Positions 54,602 to 64,000 of a DNA stretch of 64,000 nucleotides are shown one piece after another. This DNA comes from an uncultured delta proteobacterium (GTDB lineage: Bacteria; Myxococcota; Myxococcia; Myxococcales; Myxococcaceae). A program made the translations under genes and the position numbers. How positions within the stretch are numbered: position 1 is the stretch's first letter; every line of letters starts with the position of its first letter. The notes beneath the pieces were generated by a model. It had not been told where the DNA came from, ran no database searches, and worked only from the letters and a program-made list of their open reading frames with translations. The stretch is taken from assembly GCA_963771175.1 (NCBI GenBank), contig CAVYSY010000046.1, forward strand, positions 1 to 64,000, in the 5' to 3' direction.

Positions 54602-55696
54602 ATGATGACCCTTTCCACCGCCACCTGTCTCCTGCTGCTGCTCACCGCCCAGACGCCGCCGGCCAGTGCCGCGAAGCCTCCCTCCGCGGAGCCCCTCGAG
54701 GTGCGGCACGTGCCGCTCGCGCAGGTGTACGCGGGCACGCCGTTCGTGCTCAAGGCCGAGGTGGCCCCGGCCTGGCGCCTCGGGGCGCTCGTCGCCCACT
54801 ACCGCACCACCGGGGAGACGGCCTTCCACGACGTGGCCTTCGAGCTCAGCTCCGATGGTACCTACGCCGCGGTCCTTCCCGTGTCGCCGGATCAGCGACT
54901 CCCCGTGGAGTACTACCTCACCGCCCGTGACACCGACGGGGTGGAGTCGGCGCGCTTCGCCAGCGCCGGAGCGCCGTACCCGGTGCTCATCGAGGTGGAC
55001 TCGTCCTCGCTGGAGCGCGAGGCCCTGCTGGAGGTGTACGGGCAGCGGCGCTCGCGCGTGGGGGTCTTCTCCGAGTACGTGAACTACGGCTCGCAGACGA
55101 TCAACGGCACGCGCTACTCGGACAGCTACTACCGCCTGGAGGCGGACTTCCTGTACCGCCTCTTCACCCAGGTGGGAGGCCTGCGGATCGACTCCATCCG
55201 CATCGGGGTGGGCCACCTGCGCGCGCACACGCCGCCCTTCGACATGGAGGCCCCGGACGTGGGCTCCCTGCCGGAGCTGCGCCCGGGTCTCGACTACGGT
55301 TTCTCCGAGGTGGACGTGGCCCTCGGCCGGTTCTTCGGCCTTGGCGCGCGCCTGGTGCTCGGAGGTAACGCGAGCGGCTTCGCGGCGGGCTTTGGCGGGC
55401 GGATCCGCATCGGCAGGCCTCATGGCGCGCGCGCGGAGTTCGAGGGCGAGTACACGGGAGGTCTCGGTGGGGCGGGAACGTTCCGGCTCGCCTGGGACAC
55501 GGTGCCCCGCTTCCCCATGAGCGCGGCGGTTCAGGTGACGAACGTCCCCTCGGGCCCCGCTGGCGTCCGGCTGCTCTACCGCGTGGGCTACCAGCTCACC
55601 GACTCCTTCCTCATCGGCGCCCAGGCCGGCTACCAGGCCCGCGCGGCGGTGGGCGGCGGGCCGACGCTGGGGTTCGCCGCGAGCTACGGTTGGTAG
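54602..55696 (+). CDS. Paralogous Ig-like + beta-barrel outer-membrane protein
   Basis: VEYYLTARD, EADFLYRL, LAWD..P.S..V.VTN shared with the upstream gene; ends AASYGW. Confidence 0.6.
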   Translation: MMTLSTATCLLLLLTAQTPPASAAKPPSAEPLEVRHVPLAQVYAGTPFVLKAEVAPAWRLGALVAHYRTTGETAFHDVAFELSSDGTYAAVLPVSPDQRLPVEYYLTARDTDGVESARFASAGAPYPVLIEVDSSSLEREALLEVYGQRRSRVGVFSEYVNYGSQTINGTRYSDSYYRLEADFLYRLFTQVGGLRIDSIRIGVGHLRAHTPPFDMEAPDVGSLPELRPGLDYGFSEVDVALGRFFGLGARLVLGGNASGFAAGFGGRIRIGRPHGARAEFEGEYTGGLGGAGTFRLAWDTVPRFPMSAAVQVTNVPSGPAGVRLLYRVGYQLTDSFLIGAQAGYQARAAVGGGPTLGFAASYGW

Positions 55697-55710
55697 GGGA
55701 GGGTGCGCCG

Positions 55711-56262
55711 ATGATGCTCACCACGCTGACGCTGCTGTTGCTCTCGGCGGATCCGGGCCCGGCCCAGTCCGCTTCCTCGCTGGCGGTAGTGTCCACCTCC
55801 TCGCCCGGGCTCGAGAAGGTGGCCGGCGAGGCGGGCCGGACGCTCGGCACCCGGCTCGAGGCGCCCTATGTGGACCTGGGGGGCTTCCTCAAGTCCCGGG
55901 GCGCCGGGTGCCAGAACGACCTGCGCTGCCTCGTGACCGCTCCCGGGCTCTCCGGTGCCTCGCGCCTGCTGCACCTGCGCTTGCGCCCGCTCTCGGCCGG
56001 ACGGCTCGCCGCCGATCTGCGCCTCATCGAGGTCCGGACCCGGAAGTCCCTCGGCCGGAGCGCCTCGGTGGTGGAGCAGGGGGAGCTCGCCGCGTGGCTG
56101 GAGCGCGCCTCCGGCCAGCTCCTCACGCGGGTCGATCCGTTCGCGCAGCATCCTCCTCCGAGCCCCTTCGCGGTGAAGCCCGCCGAGGAGGTGCCCGCCG
56201 CGCCAATGCCTCGGGCCGAGAACCCCGAGGCTCGGCCGAGTCCCACACCGGAGAAGAAATAG
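55711..56262 (+). CDS. Secreted hypothetical protein
   Basis: Signal-like N-terminus, C..D..C pair (CQNDLRC); 14 nt after the previous stop. Confidence 0.55.
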   Translation: MMLTTLTLLLLSADPGPAQSASSLAVVSTSSPGLEKVAGEAGRTLGTRLEAPYVDLGGFLKSRGAGCQNDLRCLVTAPGLSGASRLLHLRLRPLSAGRLAADLRLIEVRTRKSLGRSASVVEQGELAAWLERASGQLLTRVDPFAQHPPPSPFAVKPAEEVPAAPMPRAENPEARPSPTPEKK

Positions 56263-56380
56263 CCGCCGGCCTCCCGGAGCACTCTTCAGAAACCTGTCCG
56301 ACAGCAGGGTTGAGCGGAAGAGCGATTCCGGGTGTTCGAGCGCGCGGAGCTGCGCTGAGCGTGCGCGGTGGGAGCGGTGC

Positions 56381-57103
56381 TCAGGGCGAGGGCTCGACCG
56401 TGGCGGAACTGGCCAGGTTCCGCAGCACCTGTTCGGAGGCTTCGGGCGATGCGAGGTCCACTCCGTCCAGCCATCGGTCATAGGCCAGGCGGAAGGTGCG
56501 GCTCGCCTCCAGCGCGTCCTCGGTGAGGGACAGCCCCTCCAGCCACACCTCGGCGTTGCCGACGCTGGCGCTCTCCAGGCGGAAGGGCTTCGCGGGTCCT
56601 CCCTCGGCGGGAACTCGCTCGCCCTCCAGCAGCAGCGTCTTCCCCTCCATGCCCACTCCGGCGGGCAGGCCCTCGGCGTCCGCGTCCGCCGGCCCGAAGA
56701 CGAGGTGGGCGCGGCAGTAGCTGCCAGGAGGCGGTTGCAGGGTGCCCAGCAGGCGCGCCTCTCCATCCGGGCGCTCCAGGCCGATCACGTGCGGCGTGCC
56801 CAGCCGCCGGGGGCTGGTGGTGGAGTGCGCCTCGGCCGTTCCGATGGGGGAGAGCTGGCGCAGCCACCGCCACGCGCTGCTCGTCGGACACGGGAAGAGC
56901 TCCACGCTGCTCAAGGTGACGTGGGCTCGGGTCAGGGTGATGCGCTCGCCTCGGTCGTTGGTGAACTGGCGGGTGGAGCCTTCCGCCTGTCCATCCCGGG
57001 CCGGGCGGAGATCGAGCTGGAGGTGGAGTCGGATGCCTTCTTCGCGCGCTCCACACGCGCAGAGGGCCAACAGGAGGAGAACGGGGACGAGGCGATGCGT
57101 CAT
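56381..57103 (-). CDS. Hypothetical lipoprotein
   Basis: Lipobox LCAC; AEAHSTT and GTPH; PPGSYC; ATGA overlap with upstream gene. Confidence 0.65.
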   Translation of the reverse strand: MTHRLVPVLLLLALCACGAREEGIRLHLQLDLRPARDGQAEGSTRQFTNDRGERITLTRAHVTLSSVELFPCPTSSAWRWLRQLSPIGTAEAHSTTSPRRLGTPHVIGLERPDGEARLLGTLQPPPGSYCRAHLVFGPADADAEGLPAGVGMEGKTLLLEGERVPAEGGPAKPFRLESASVGNAEVWLEGLSLTEDALEASRTFRLAYDRWLDGVDLASPEASEQVLRNLASSATVEPSP

Positions 57104-57993
57104 AGGTCGTAGGCGAGGGCCGCCTGGAGGATGGGGGTCTGGCGGACATTGCCGCGCAGGAGGTTGAGGACGGGCACGCGCACGCCGAGCTCCACCACCA
57201 CGTCGGTGGCTGGGCTGAAGAGCACGTCCGGGGAGAGGTAGGTGATGAAGCCGCTGCCCACCGGGTCGGGCTCGCCCAGCGTGTCGCTCGGGCCCTCCAG
57301 GCGGCTGTCCATGGCGAGGCGCAGGGCCCAGCTCGGGCGCGGCTGATATTGGGCGGCCAGTGTGGTGCGCAGGGCGGCTCCGGCGCGGAAGCCCTCGCGC
57401 CCGCGCGTGGGGAGGTAGCCCGTGGCGCTGGCGAGGAAGGACCAGTCAGCGCGGAAGGCCGTGTAGGCCAGTCCCAGGAAGGGGTCCACGGAGGCGGTGC
57501 CGAGCTGGGCATCGAGCGACAGCGGGCGTCCCTCCGCGTCGCGCTGCGTGGGTGAGGTGGGGAGCCGGGTACCCACGAGGACACCGAGGAGGTGGTTTGG
57601 CGAGAAGTCGCGATCCCGGAAGACGAAGGCCTTGGCGCTCACCTCCATGTCCCCGACTCCCCACGCCGTCTCGCGCGCGAGGCTGACGTCTCGCACCGTC
57701 CGGGCCTGCAGGGGCAGCGTGGCCGACAGGAAGAGCCAGGGCAGGGGGGCGTAGGCCACCGAGAGATCCATGCGCAGCTCGCGCAGGGCGAGGGCATCGA
57801 GCTGTTCCTGGCCCGTCGTCATGCCCCAGGCGCGCACCTGGGTGGCGAACCGCAGGCGCCCGGCGAAGGGCTGTTCGGTACCCATGGAGGTGAGGGTGGG
57901 ATCGCCACAGGCGCAGGTGGCGCAGGCGAGCCCCTCCAGGGGGAGGAGGAGGGTGGCCACGGCCACGGCGACGACGGCGGGGAACTTCCACAT
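57100..57993 (-). CDS. Outer-membrane beta-barrel ('transporter') with N-terminal CxxCxC
   Basis: Signal peptide then CATCACGDPT; GVGDMEV, LPT, QLGTASVD; ends LAYDL. Confidence 0.7.
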   Translation of the reverse strand: MWKFPAVVAVAVATLLLPLEGLACATCACGDPTLTSMGTEQPFAGRLRFATQVRAWGMTTGQEQLDALALRELRMDLSVAYAPLPWLFLSATLPLQARTVRDVSLARETAWGVGDMEVSAKAFVFRDRDFSPNHLLGVLVGTRLPTSPTQRDAEGRPLSLDAQLGTASVDPFLGLAYTAFRADWSFLASATGYLPTRGREGFRAGAALRTTLAAQYQPRPSWALRLAMDSRLEGPSDTLGEPDPVGSGFITYLSPDVLFSPATDVVVELGVRVPVLNLLRGNVRQTPILQAALAYDL

Positions 57994-58210
57994 GATGGCG
58001 CGCACTGTAGCCGCCAGGGTGCTCCGGCTCCCTGCGGCGAGTTGTCGCGGGAAGCGGGTGCGCGGCATCAGAGCGCCGGGATCCTCCATGACACGGGTGT
58101 CTCGATTTCCAGGTCCCGGCGTGGCGTAAGCCCGCGATCACACGGGGTGTGCATCCGGCACCCAAAATGCTACTGCCTCGGCCGCTGGCCCTTTCCCGAT
58201 GGGAGCCACG

Positions 58211-59887
58211 ATGCCACGCGCATTTTCCTGGATGACATTGACCCTGCTGGTCCTCGGACTCGGAGCCGCGGGTTGCGCCGCCTCCGCAGCGGATGAGTAC
58301 GCGCCCGATATGGGTGGAGGAGGGACCGGCGCCCCCGATCCCGGCGCCGGAGCCCCCGCGATCTGCACGACGGCCGCGGACTGTCCGGCTGGCTACACCT
58401 GCACCCAGTCCGCCTGCATCCCGCCGGAGGTCGAGCAGGACGCCTCGGACGAGCGCCCGCCGCTGGCCAGCAAGAGCTACGTCTACGTGCTCTCCCCGGC
58501 CGCCAACAGCCTCACGCGGATTGATCCGCGCACGCTCTCCCTGGAGGCCATCCCGGTGGGCGCCACGCCGGTGGACATGGCCGTGGTGCCCGGCGAGGAC
58601 GCGGCGGTGACGCTGTCCTCCGTGGAGGCCTCGTTGTCGGTGGTGGACTCCAGCGTACTGCCGTCGCGCGTGCTGCGAGTGCCGCTCGGCCGCCGCTATG
58701 GGCGACTGGCGGTGTCGGCGGATGGGGCGTACGCGCTGGCCTGGCCGGACCCGTCCTCTCCCCCCGGCTCCGGTGCCGAGGGCGTGGTGGCGCTGGTGGA
58801 TCTGCGCGCGGTGCGGCGCGGCGAGCCTCCCGAGAAGACCGTCCTCGAGCGCGCCGCCGGGTTCCGCGTCACGGACGTGATCTTCCGCCTGGAGGGTGGG
58901 GTGGCCACGCGCGCCTACGTCTTCGCCAAGAGCACGGTGACGGTGCTCGACCTCTCCGCCCCGAGCCAGCAGCCGCTGCCGGTGCGCGTCTCGCTGCCCG
59001 AGGCCATGGCGCAGGACGTCACCTCGCGCGAGGTGACGTCCACCCCCGATGGGCAGCGCGTCCTGCTGCGCGCCACCACCGCGGCCCTGCTGGCGACCTT
59101 CGACGGGACGGGCTTCCGTACGGTGTCGCTGCCCGAGGTGGCCACGGACGTGGACCTGCTCCCGGATGGCTCGGGGGCCGTGGCGGCGCTGCGCACCGCG
59201 CAACAGCTCGCACTCCTCGAGCTGCCGGCGGACTTCGAGGACCCCACGGGCATCCAGTTCCTCTCCGTGCCGGGGACCTCGGTGGGCCAGGTGGTGCTCC
59301 CTCCCCAGGCCGGCGGCGCCCGCTTCGCGCTGGTTTACACCTCCGTCCTCAATGATGAGTCGGTGACCCGGGTGGACTTCCCCGCGGGCACCGTCACCCG
59401 CTACCCGCTGGAGAAGCGCGTGGAGCGGGTGGCGCTCTCGGCGGATGGCCGCACGGCGCTCATCGTCCACAAGCCCGAGTCCGCCTCCACCGCGACCGAT
59501 CCCTACGAGCGCGCCGTGGACGCGGACCGGGGCTACTCCGTGCTCGACATTCCCACGGGCTACCTGCAGCTCCGCCGCACGGGGAAGCTCGATCCGGCGC
59601 AGTTCGCCTTCTCGTCGAGCGGGGGTTTCGTCGGGGTGACGTTGCGCGGTGACGCCGAGCGCCGCTATGCCGTGGACGCGGTGGACCTCTCGACGCTCGT
59701 GGCCCGCTCCGTCTCGCTGGCCTCGGCCCCGGCCTTCGCGGGCGGCTTCTCCGGCACCTCCGAGGAGACGCGCCACCGCATCTTCGTGTCCCAGCTCCAC
59801 CCGGCCGGCCGCATCAGCTTCGTCGACCTCGACGACAGCCAGATTCGCACCGTGACCGGCTTCACCCTCAACTCGCGGATCGAGTGA
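58211..59887 (+). CDS. Lipoprotein with short Cys-rich module and YncE/YVTN-like beta-propeller
   Basis: Lipobox AAGC, CTTAADCPAGYTCTQSAC, IPVGATPVDMAV, repeated S/TPDG turns. Confidence 0.7.
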   Translation: MPRAFSWMTLTLLVLGLGAAGCAASAADEYAPDMGGGGTGAPDPGAGAPAICTTAADCPAGYTCTQSACIPPEVEQDASDERPPLASKSYVYVLSPAANSLTRIDPRTLSLEAIPVGATPVDMAVVPGEDAAVTLSSVEASLSVVDSSVLPSRVLRVPLGRRYGRLAVSADGAYALAWPDPSSPPGSGAEGVVALVDLRAVRRGEPPEKTVLERAAGFRVTDVIFRLEGGVATRAYVFAKSTVTVLDLSAPSQQPLPVRVSLPEAMAQDVTSREVTSTPDGQRVLLRATTAALLATFDGTGFRTVSLPEVATDVDLLPDGSGAVAALRTAQQLALLELPADFEDPTGIQFLSVPGTSVGQVVLPPQAGGARFALVYTSVLNDESVTRVDFPAGTVTRYPLEKRVERVALSADGRTALIVHKPESASTATDPYERAVDADRGYSVLDIPTGYLQLRRTGKLDPAQFAFSSSGGFVGVTLRGDAERRYAVDAVDLSTLVARSVSLASAPAFAGGFSGTSEETRHRIFVSQLHPAGRISFVDLDDSQIRTVTGFTLNSRIE

Positions 59888-59891
59888 AACC

Positions 59892-61391
59892 ATGAGCATC
59901 GTTCGACGGCTGTTGCCCGCGGTGTGGCTGCTCGCGGCCGGATGTGGCGACCGCGGAGACCTCTACAGTCAGGCCCTCAAGCCCCTGCCGCTGCTCACCA
60001 CGGGTGATGCCCTCGTCTCGGTGGTGCCGACGACGCGGCGGGTGGTCCGGGTGCGCAAGGGCGAGGGGCCCCAGTCCATCCCCATCGCGGACGGGGCGCG
60101 CATGGCGGCGCGGCTCCAGGAGGACCTGGTGGCCGTGCTGGCCGGGGATCAGCGTCACCCGTTGTTGCAGCTCGTGTCGGTGGACGGCGGGGAGGTGTGG
60201 ACGCTGGACCTGCCGGGCGCGTACGACACGGTGGCGTTCAGCACCGACAGCCGCTACGGCGTCCTCTCCTACAGCACCGCGAGCCTGGGCCCGGACGTGG
60301 TGGCGCGCAACCTCAACGAGGTGGCGGTGGTGGACGTGGATGCGCGCGCGGTGACGCGGGTGGCGCTGGGCACGGAGAGCCTCGCGCCGCGCTCGGTCGT
60401 CTTCGCCCCGCCGCGCGAGGACCGGCAGTTCGTGGCCATCACCCTGGATCGGGGCGTGGTGGTCTTCGACGCGAAGGACCCGCGGCGTGCGCTGCGGCGC
60501 ATCCCCACCCGCCTGTCGGAGACCCAGCCCGAGATGGCCGTGCAGGAGGCGCTCTTCTCGCCGGGCGGGGACGTGCTCTTCCTGCGGCTCGCCGGCATGG
60601 ATGACGTCTTCGCGGTGGAGCTGGCCAGGGAAGGGGACGAGCTGCTCGCGTCCGTGAACTTCCTCGCCGGAGGCACGGGGCTCAGCGATATCGAGCTCCC
60701 GCCGGCGTCAGTGCCGGGCTCGGAGCGCTCGGTGCTGGCCGTCTTCGCGGGCAGCCAGGAGGCCATGGTGCTCGACGCGCGCGGGCTGCAGGACGTGGCC
60801 CGGCTGCCGCTCGGGGCGCCGCTGACGAGCACCCACGTGCTCGCGGACGGGCGCGCGCTCTTCTACGACGGGAAGCTGCGCACGGTGGTGGCCTGGGATG
60901 TGGTCACCGGCAAGAGCGGGACGGTGCTGCTCACCGCCGGCTTCGACGGGGTCCGCTTCAGCGACGCGCTCGGTGCGGCCGTGTTCCGCCACCCCAGCTC
61001 GGGCACCGGCGGCGCGGCGCTCTCGGTGGTGACGGTGCGCGAGGAGGACACCCGCCTGCGCGTGCGCATCAGCCCCATCCCCGTGTCGCGCACGGTGCAG
61101 GCCGACGTCATGGACCAGTCCCGGGGCCGGTTGTACTTCGCGCCCCAGGGGCAGCCCGTCGTGGCCCGCCTGGACGTGGAGACGCTCGGCATCGAGCAGA
61201 TCACCCTGGATGCCCCCATCATCGCGCTCCACTACCTGCCGGAGCGGGACGTGGTGGTCGCCCAGCACGCCGAGCCGGTCCTGGGAGACGTCACCCTGAT
61301 CGCCGCGGACCCGTTCGAGCGCGGCGCCGCGGAGCGCGTGCGGTACTTCACCCTCGCGGACGAGCTCGACCGCGCCTCGGAGGGCCCCTGA
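59892..61391 (+). CDS. Second beta-propeller lipoprotein
   Basis: Lipobox AAGC; AFSTDSRY, NEVAVVDV, LFSPGGD; 4 nt after the previous stop. Confidence 0.65.
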   Translation: MSIVRRLLPAVWLLAAGCGDRGDLYSQALKPLPLLTTGDALVSVVPTTRRVVRVRKGEGPQSIPIADGARMAARLQEDLVAVLAGDQRHPLLQLVSVDGGEVWTLDLPGAYDTVAFSTDSRYGVLSYSTASLGPDVVARNLNEVAVVDVDARAVTRVALGTESLAPRSVVFAPPREDRQFVAITLDRGVVVFDAKDPRRALRRIPTRLSETQPEMAVQEALFSPGGDVLFLRLAGMDDVFAVELAREGDELLASVNFLAGGTGLSDIELPPASVPGSERSVLAVFAGSQEAMVLDARGLQDVARLPLGAPLTSTHVLADGRALFYDGKLRTVVAWDVVTGKSGTVLLTAGFDGVRFSDALGAAVFRHPSSGTGGAALSVVTVREEDTRLRVRISPIPVSRTVQADVMDQSRGRLYFAPQGQPVVARLDVETLGIEQITLDAPIIALHYLPERDVVVAQHAEPVLGDVTLIAADPFERGAAERVRYFTLADELDRASEGP

Positions 61392-61392
61392 C

Positions 61393-62055
61393 ATGAGACT
61401 CCTTCCCATTGCCTGCGTCGTCCTGCTGGCCGCCGTGCTCTCTCCCTCGACGGCCTCGGCCCGCGCGCCGGTGTCCCTGCGCCTGGGCTACGCCGGCCAG
61501 GTCAGCACTCCGCGCGCGTATGATCTGGTGGACGAGGACGATCACCTGCCGCTGTTCCGTCTGGGGGCCGCCTACGCGTTCCTCCTGCCGGGTGGCCGGC
61601 TGGAACTGGAGGGCGGCTTCCTCACCGGAGGCAGCTCCGCGTCACTCCACGGGCTCACCGAGGCGAAGTTGGGGCTGGTGGGCGTGGAGCTCGGGGCCGC
61701 GTACCGCGTGCGGCTCGGCTCCTTCTTCGAGCCCTATGCCCAGGCCCTGGTCGGCTATGACTCGCTGAACCTGCGAATCGGCGCGCTGAACCAGGAGGTC
61801 GGGCAGGTGTCCGCGACGGGGCTGCTGGGCATCTCGCTCCTGTTCCGCACCCATCCGAGCGTCGCGAGCAGCCCCGTCTTCCTCGTGGACCTCGGGGTGG
61901 GGTACGGCTTCCGACCCGAGGCCCGCTTCGACGCGCTCGCGCCGGAGCCTCCGGACGAGGACGCCGAGGAGCCCGTGCCCTCGGTTCCCCTCCGGGTGGG
62001 CGACCTCCCCCTGTCCGGGGTGGCGTACCGCCTCCAGGTCGGCCTGCGCCTCTGA
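61393..62055 (+). CDS. Small outer-membrane beta-barrel protein
   Basis: Signal peptide ASA|R; amphipathic strands; ends YRLQVGLRL. Confidence 0.6.
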   Translation: MRLLPIACVVLLAAVLSPSTASARAPVSLRLGYAGQVSTPRAYDLVDEDDHLPLFRLGAAYAFLLPGGRLELEGGFLTGGSSASLHGLTEAKLGLVGVELGAAYRVRLGSFFEPYAQALVGYDSLNLRIGALNQEVGQVSATGLLGISLLFRTHPSVASSPVFLVDLGVGYGFRPEARFDALAPEPPDEDAEEPVPSVPLRVGDLPLSGVAYRLQVGLRL

Positions 62056-62155
62056 GCCGTGCCTCGGGACGGGGTGTGGGAGTCGTGCTCACCCTCGTCT
62101 CGATTCCTGGGGGGGCTGACGAGTGTGCTAGATATCGCACACCTCGCCGACCCCT

Positions 62156-62632
62156 ATGCTGGAATCCCTCTCTATTCCGAAGCGACGTGTAGCGGCCCAG
62201 TTCGTCCTGCCGGGCGGTTCCTCGCGTGACGTGGCCGTGTTCCTCGCCGAAGCCGCTCCCGGACACTCCGGTGGCGAGCGGCTCTCGGACCTGCTCAACA
62301 ACAGTGGCTCGCAGTTCATCCCCGCGGTCGACGCGGAGACGAACAATATGACGTTCGTCCAGTGCGAGAACCTCGCCCTGGCGCGCGTGGCCGCCGAGCT
62401 CGAGCCCATCGCCGTCGATCAGTTCACCATTCCCACCGAGCACGAGGTGGAGGTGCGGCTGGTGGATGGCCAGAAGCTGCGCGGGCTCATCACCTACGTG
62501 CTGCCCGAGGCGCACTCACGCCTGACGGACTACCTCAACAGCGCGCCTTCGTTCATCCCCCTGCTCGAGGGGGAACGGGTCGCCCTCATCAACAAACGCC
62601 ACGTCGCGTACGTGGAAACCCTTCGCCGCTGA
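62156..62632 (+). CDS. Hypothetical protein with an internally duplicated small domain
   Basis: ERLSDLLNNSGSQFIP and SRLTDYLNSAPSFIP halves; 11 nt upstream of the PilT-like gene. Confidence 0.65.
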   Translation: MLESLSIPKRRVAAQFVLPGGSSRDVAVFLAEAAPGHSGGERLSDLLNNSGSQFIPAVDAETNNMTFVQCENLALARVAAELEPIAVDQFTIPTEHEVEVRLVDGQKLRGLITYVLPEAHSRLTDYLNSAPSFIPLLEGERVALINKRHVAYVETLRR

Positions 62633-62643
62633 GCTGACACACC

Positions 62644-64000
62644 ATGGCCCGCTTCGACGCTTTCATCGAGAAGCTCTACAAGGAATCTGGTGTCGCGATC
62701 ATGCTGGAGACCGGCAGCGGCATCACGCTGCGCACCGCCGCGGGCAACGTGCCCATCGTCAAGGCGGGGCTCAACTCCCAGCAGATCATCGGCGCGCTCT
62801 CGGAGATCATCCCCGCTGACATGCGCGGGGGCTTCCCCGCCGAAGGTGTCACCACCTTCCCGTACTCCGCTCCCTCCGGCTCGGTGAACGTGAAGGTGCA
62901 GAACGTCGGGGGCCACATGAAGGTGGCCCTGGTGCCCTACAAGCCGACACAGGCGGTGAACAGCGTGGCGGCGGTGCCCGCGGTCAGGGAGGCCCTGGAG
63001 CTGCCGCCCGCGTCCGAGGAGGACAAGCTGGAGCTGGCCACGCCGTCCGACATGATGGACCTGGCGGCCCGCGGTACCGGTGGGGCCTATGCCGCCGCTC
63101 CCGCCACCCCGGCGCGCGCTCCCACGGTTCCGCCGACCGCGTCCCGGGCGATTCCCACCGTCCAGCCGGCCGCCGCCAAGGCCCCCACGCCCGCGCCGGC
63201 CGCCGAGTCCAAGTCGAGCATCCAGGTGCTGCCGCCCCAGGAGGACTCCGAGGCGGGTGCCGCCCTGCGTGCGCTGATGGATCGCATGCTCGACAAGAAG
63301 GCCTCGGACCTCCACCTGTCGAGCACCGTGGTGCCCATGCTGCGCATCGACGGCGACATGGTTCCCCAGGAGGACTACCGCGCCCTGTCGCCCGAGCGCC
63401 TCAAGGCGATGCTCTGGAGCATCGCCCCGGAGAAGAACAAGAAGCAGTGGGAGGAGATGCACGACACGGACTTCGCCCACGAGACCGAGCGGGCCCGCTT
63501 CCGCGTCAACGTCTTCGAGGATCGCAAGGGCATCGGCTCGGTGATGCGGCAGATCCCCAGCAAGATCATGACCGCCGAGGAGATGGGGCTGTCCAAGCAG
63601 ATCCTCGACCTGTGCTTCCTCAGCAAGGGGCTGGTGCTCGTCACCGGTCCCACCGGCTCGGGCAAGTCCACGACGCTGGCCGCGATGGTCGATTTCATCA
63701 ATCGCAATCGCGAGGACCACATCATCACGATCGAGGACCCGATCGAGTTCGTCCACCCGAACAAGAAGTGCCTGGTCAACCAGCGCGAGGTGGGCGTCCA
63801 CACCCACGGTTTCAAGAACGCCCTGCGCGCCGCCCTCCGCGAGGATCCGGACATCGTGCTGGTGGGCGAAATGCGAGACCTGGAGACGATCGCCATCGCC
63901 ATCGAGACGGCCGAGACGGGCCACCTCGTCTTCGGAACGCTGCACACCAACACGGCGCCCTCGACGGTGGACCGCATCATCGACCAGTTCCCCGCGGACC
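62644..64000 (+). CDS. PilT/PilU-family ATPase with long N-terminal extension (runs off window)
   Basis: ASDLHL, RFRVNVF, Walker A GPTGSGKSTT, IITIEDPIE, ALREDPDIVLVGEMRD, AETGHLVFGTLHTN. Confidence 0.92.
   Translation, partial: MARFDAFIEKLYKESGVAIMLETGSGITLRTAAGNVPIVKAGLNSQQIIGALSEIIPADMRGGFPAEGVTTFPYSAPSGSVNVKVQNVGGHMKVALVPYKPTQAVNSVAAVPAVREALELPPASEEDKLELATPSDMMDLAARGTGGAYAAAPATPARAPTVPPTASRAIPTVQPAAAKAPTPAPAAESKSSIQVLPPQEDSEAGAALRALMDRMLDKKASDLHLSSTVVPMLRIDGDMVPQEDYRALSPERLKAMLWSIAPEKNKKQWEEMHDTDFAHETERARFRVNVFEDRKGIGSVMRQIPSKIMTAEEMGLSKQILDLCFLSKGLVLVTGPTGSGKSTTLAAMVDFINRNREDHIITIEDPIEFVHPNKKCLVNQREVGVHTHGFKNALRAALREDPDIVLVGEMRDLETIAIAIETAETGHLVFGTLHTNTAPSTVDRIIDQFPAD

Overview
Most of this GC-rich window (~2157-64000) looks like a myxobacterial (Cystobacterineae-type) chromosome. 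That reading rests on the ATC-start infC with a long C-terminal tail, the many lipoproteins, a PilT paralogue and a CCTGTCCGAC palindrome. It carries an intact core block (tRNA-Val, thrS, infC, rpmI, rplT, pheS, pheT, ihfA, tRNA-Pro, tRNA-Asp) amid accessory genes for secreted, outer-membrane and signalling proteins. Bases 1-~2156 are unrelated: they encode the end of qmoA and a truncated qmoB, typical of dissimilatory sulfur-metabolising bacteria. They meet a truncated PAS sensor gene at a single junction, most likely a chimeric join. Many genes have 1-bp frameshifts, probably from uncorrected long-read errors, so many boundaries are approximate. The most interesting items are: (1) a tight LOG / divergent isoprenyl-diphosphate-synthase-fold / divergent Ham1 operon (40682-43008) next to a methyltransferase, a candidate route to a prenylated purine; (2) a non-coding ~48-bp dual-motif repeat array at 49.25-49.88 kb; (3) a lower-GC lipoprotein/partner pair (toxin-immunity-like) bounded by a tmRNA-3'-like att remnant. 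All functional calls come from reading motifs by eye; no database search was run.
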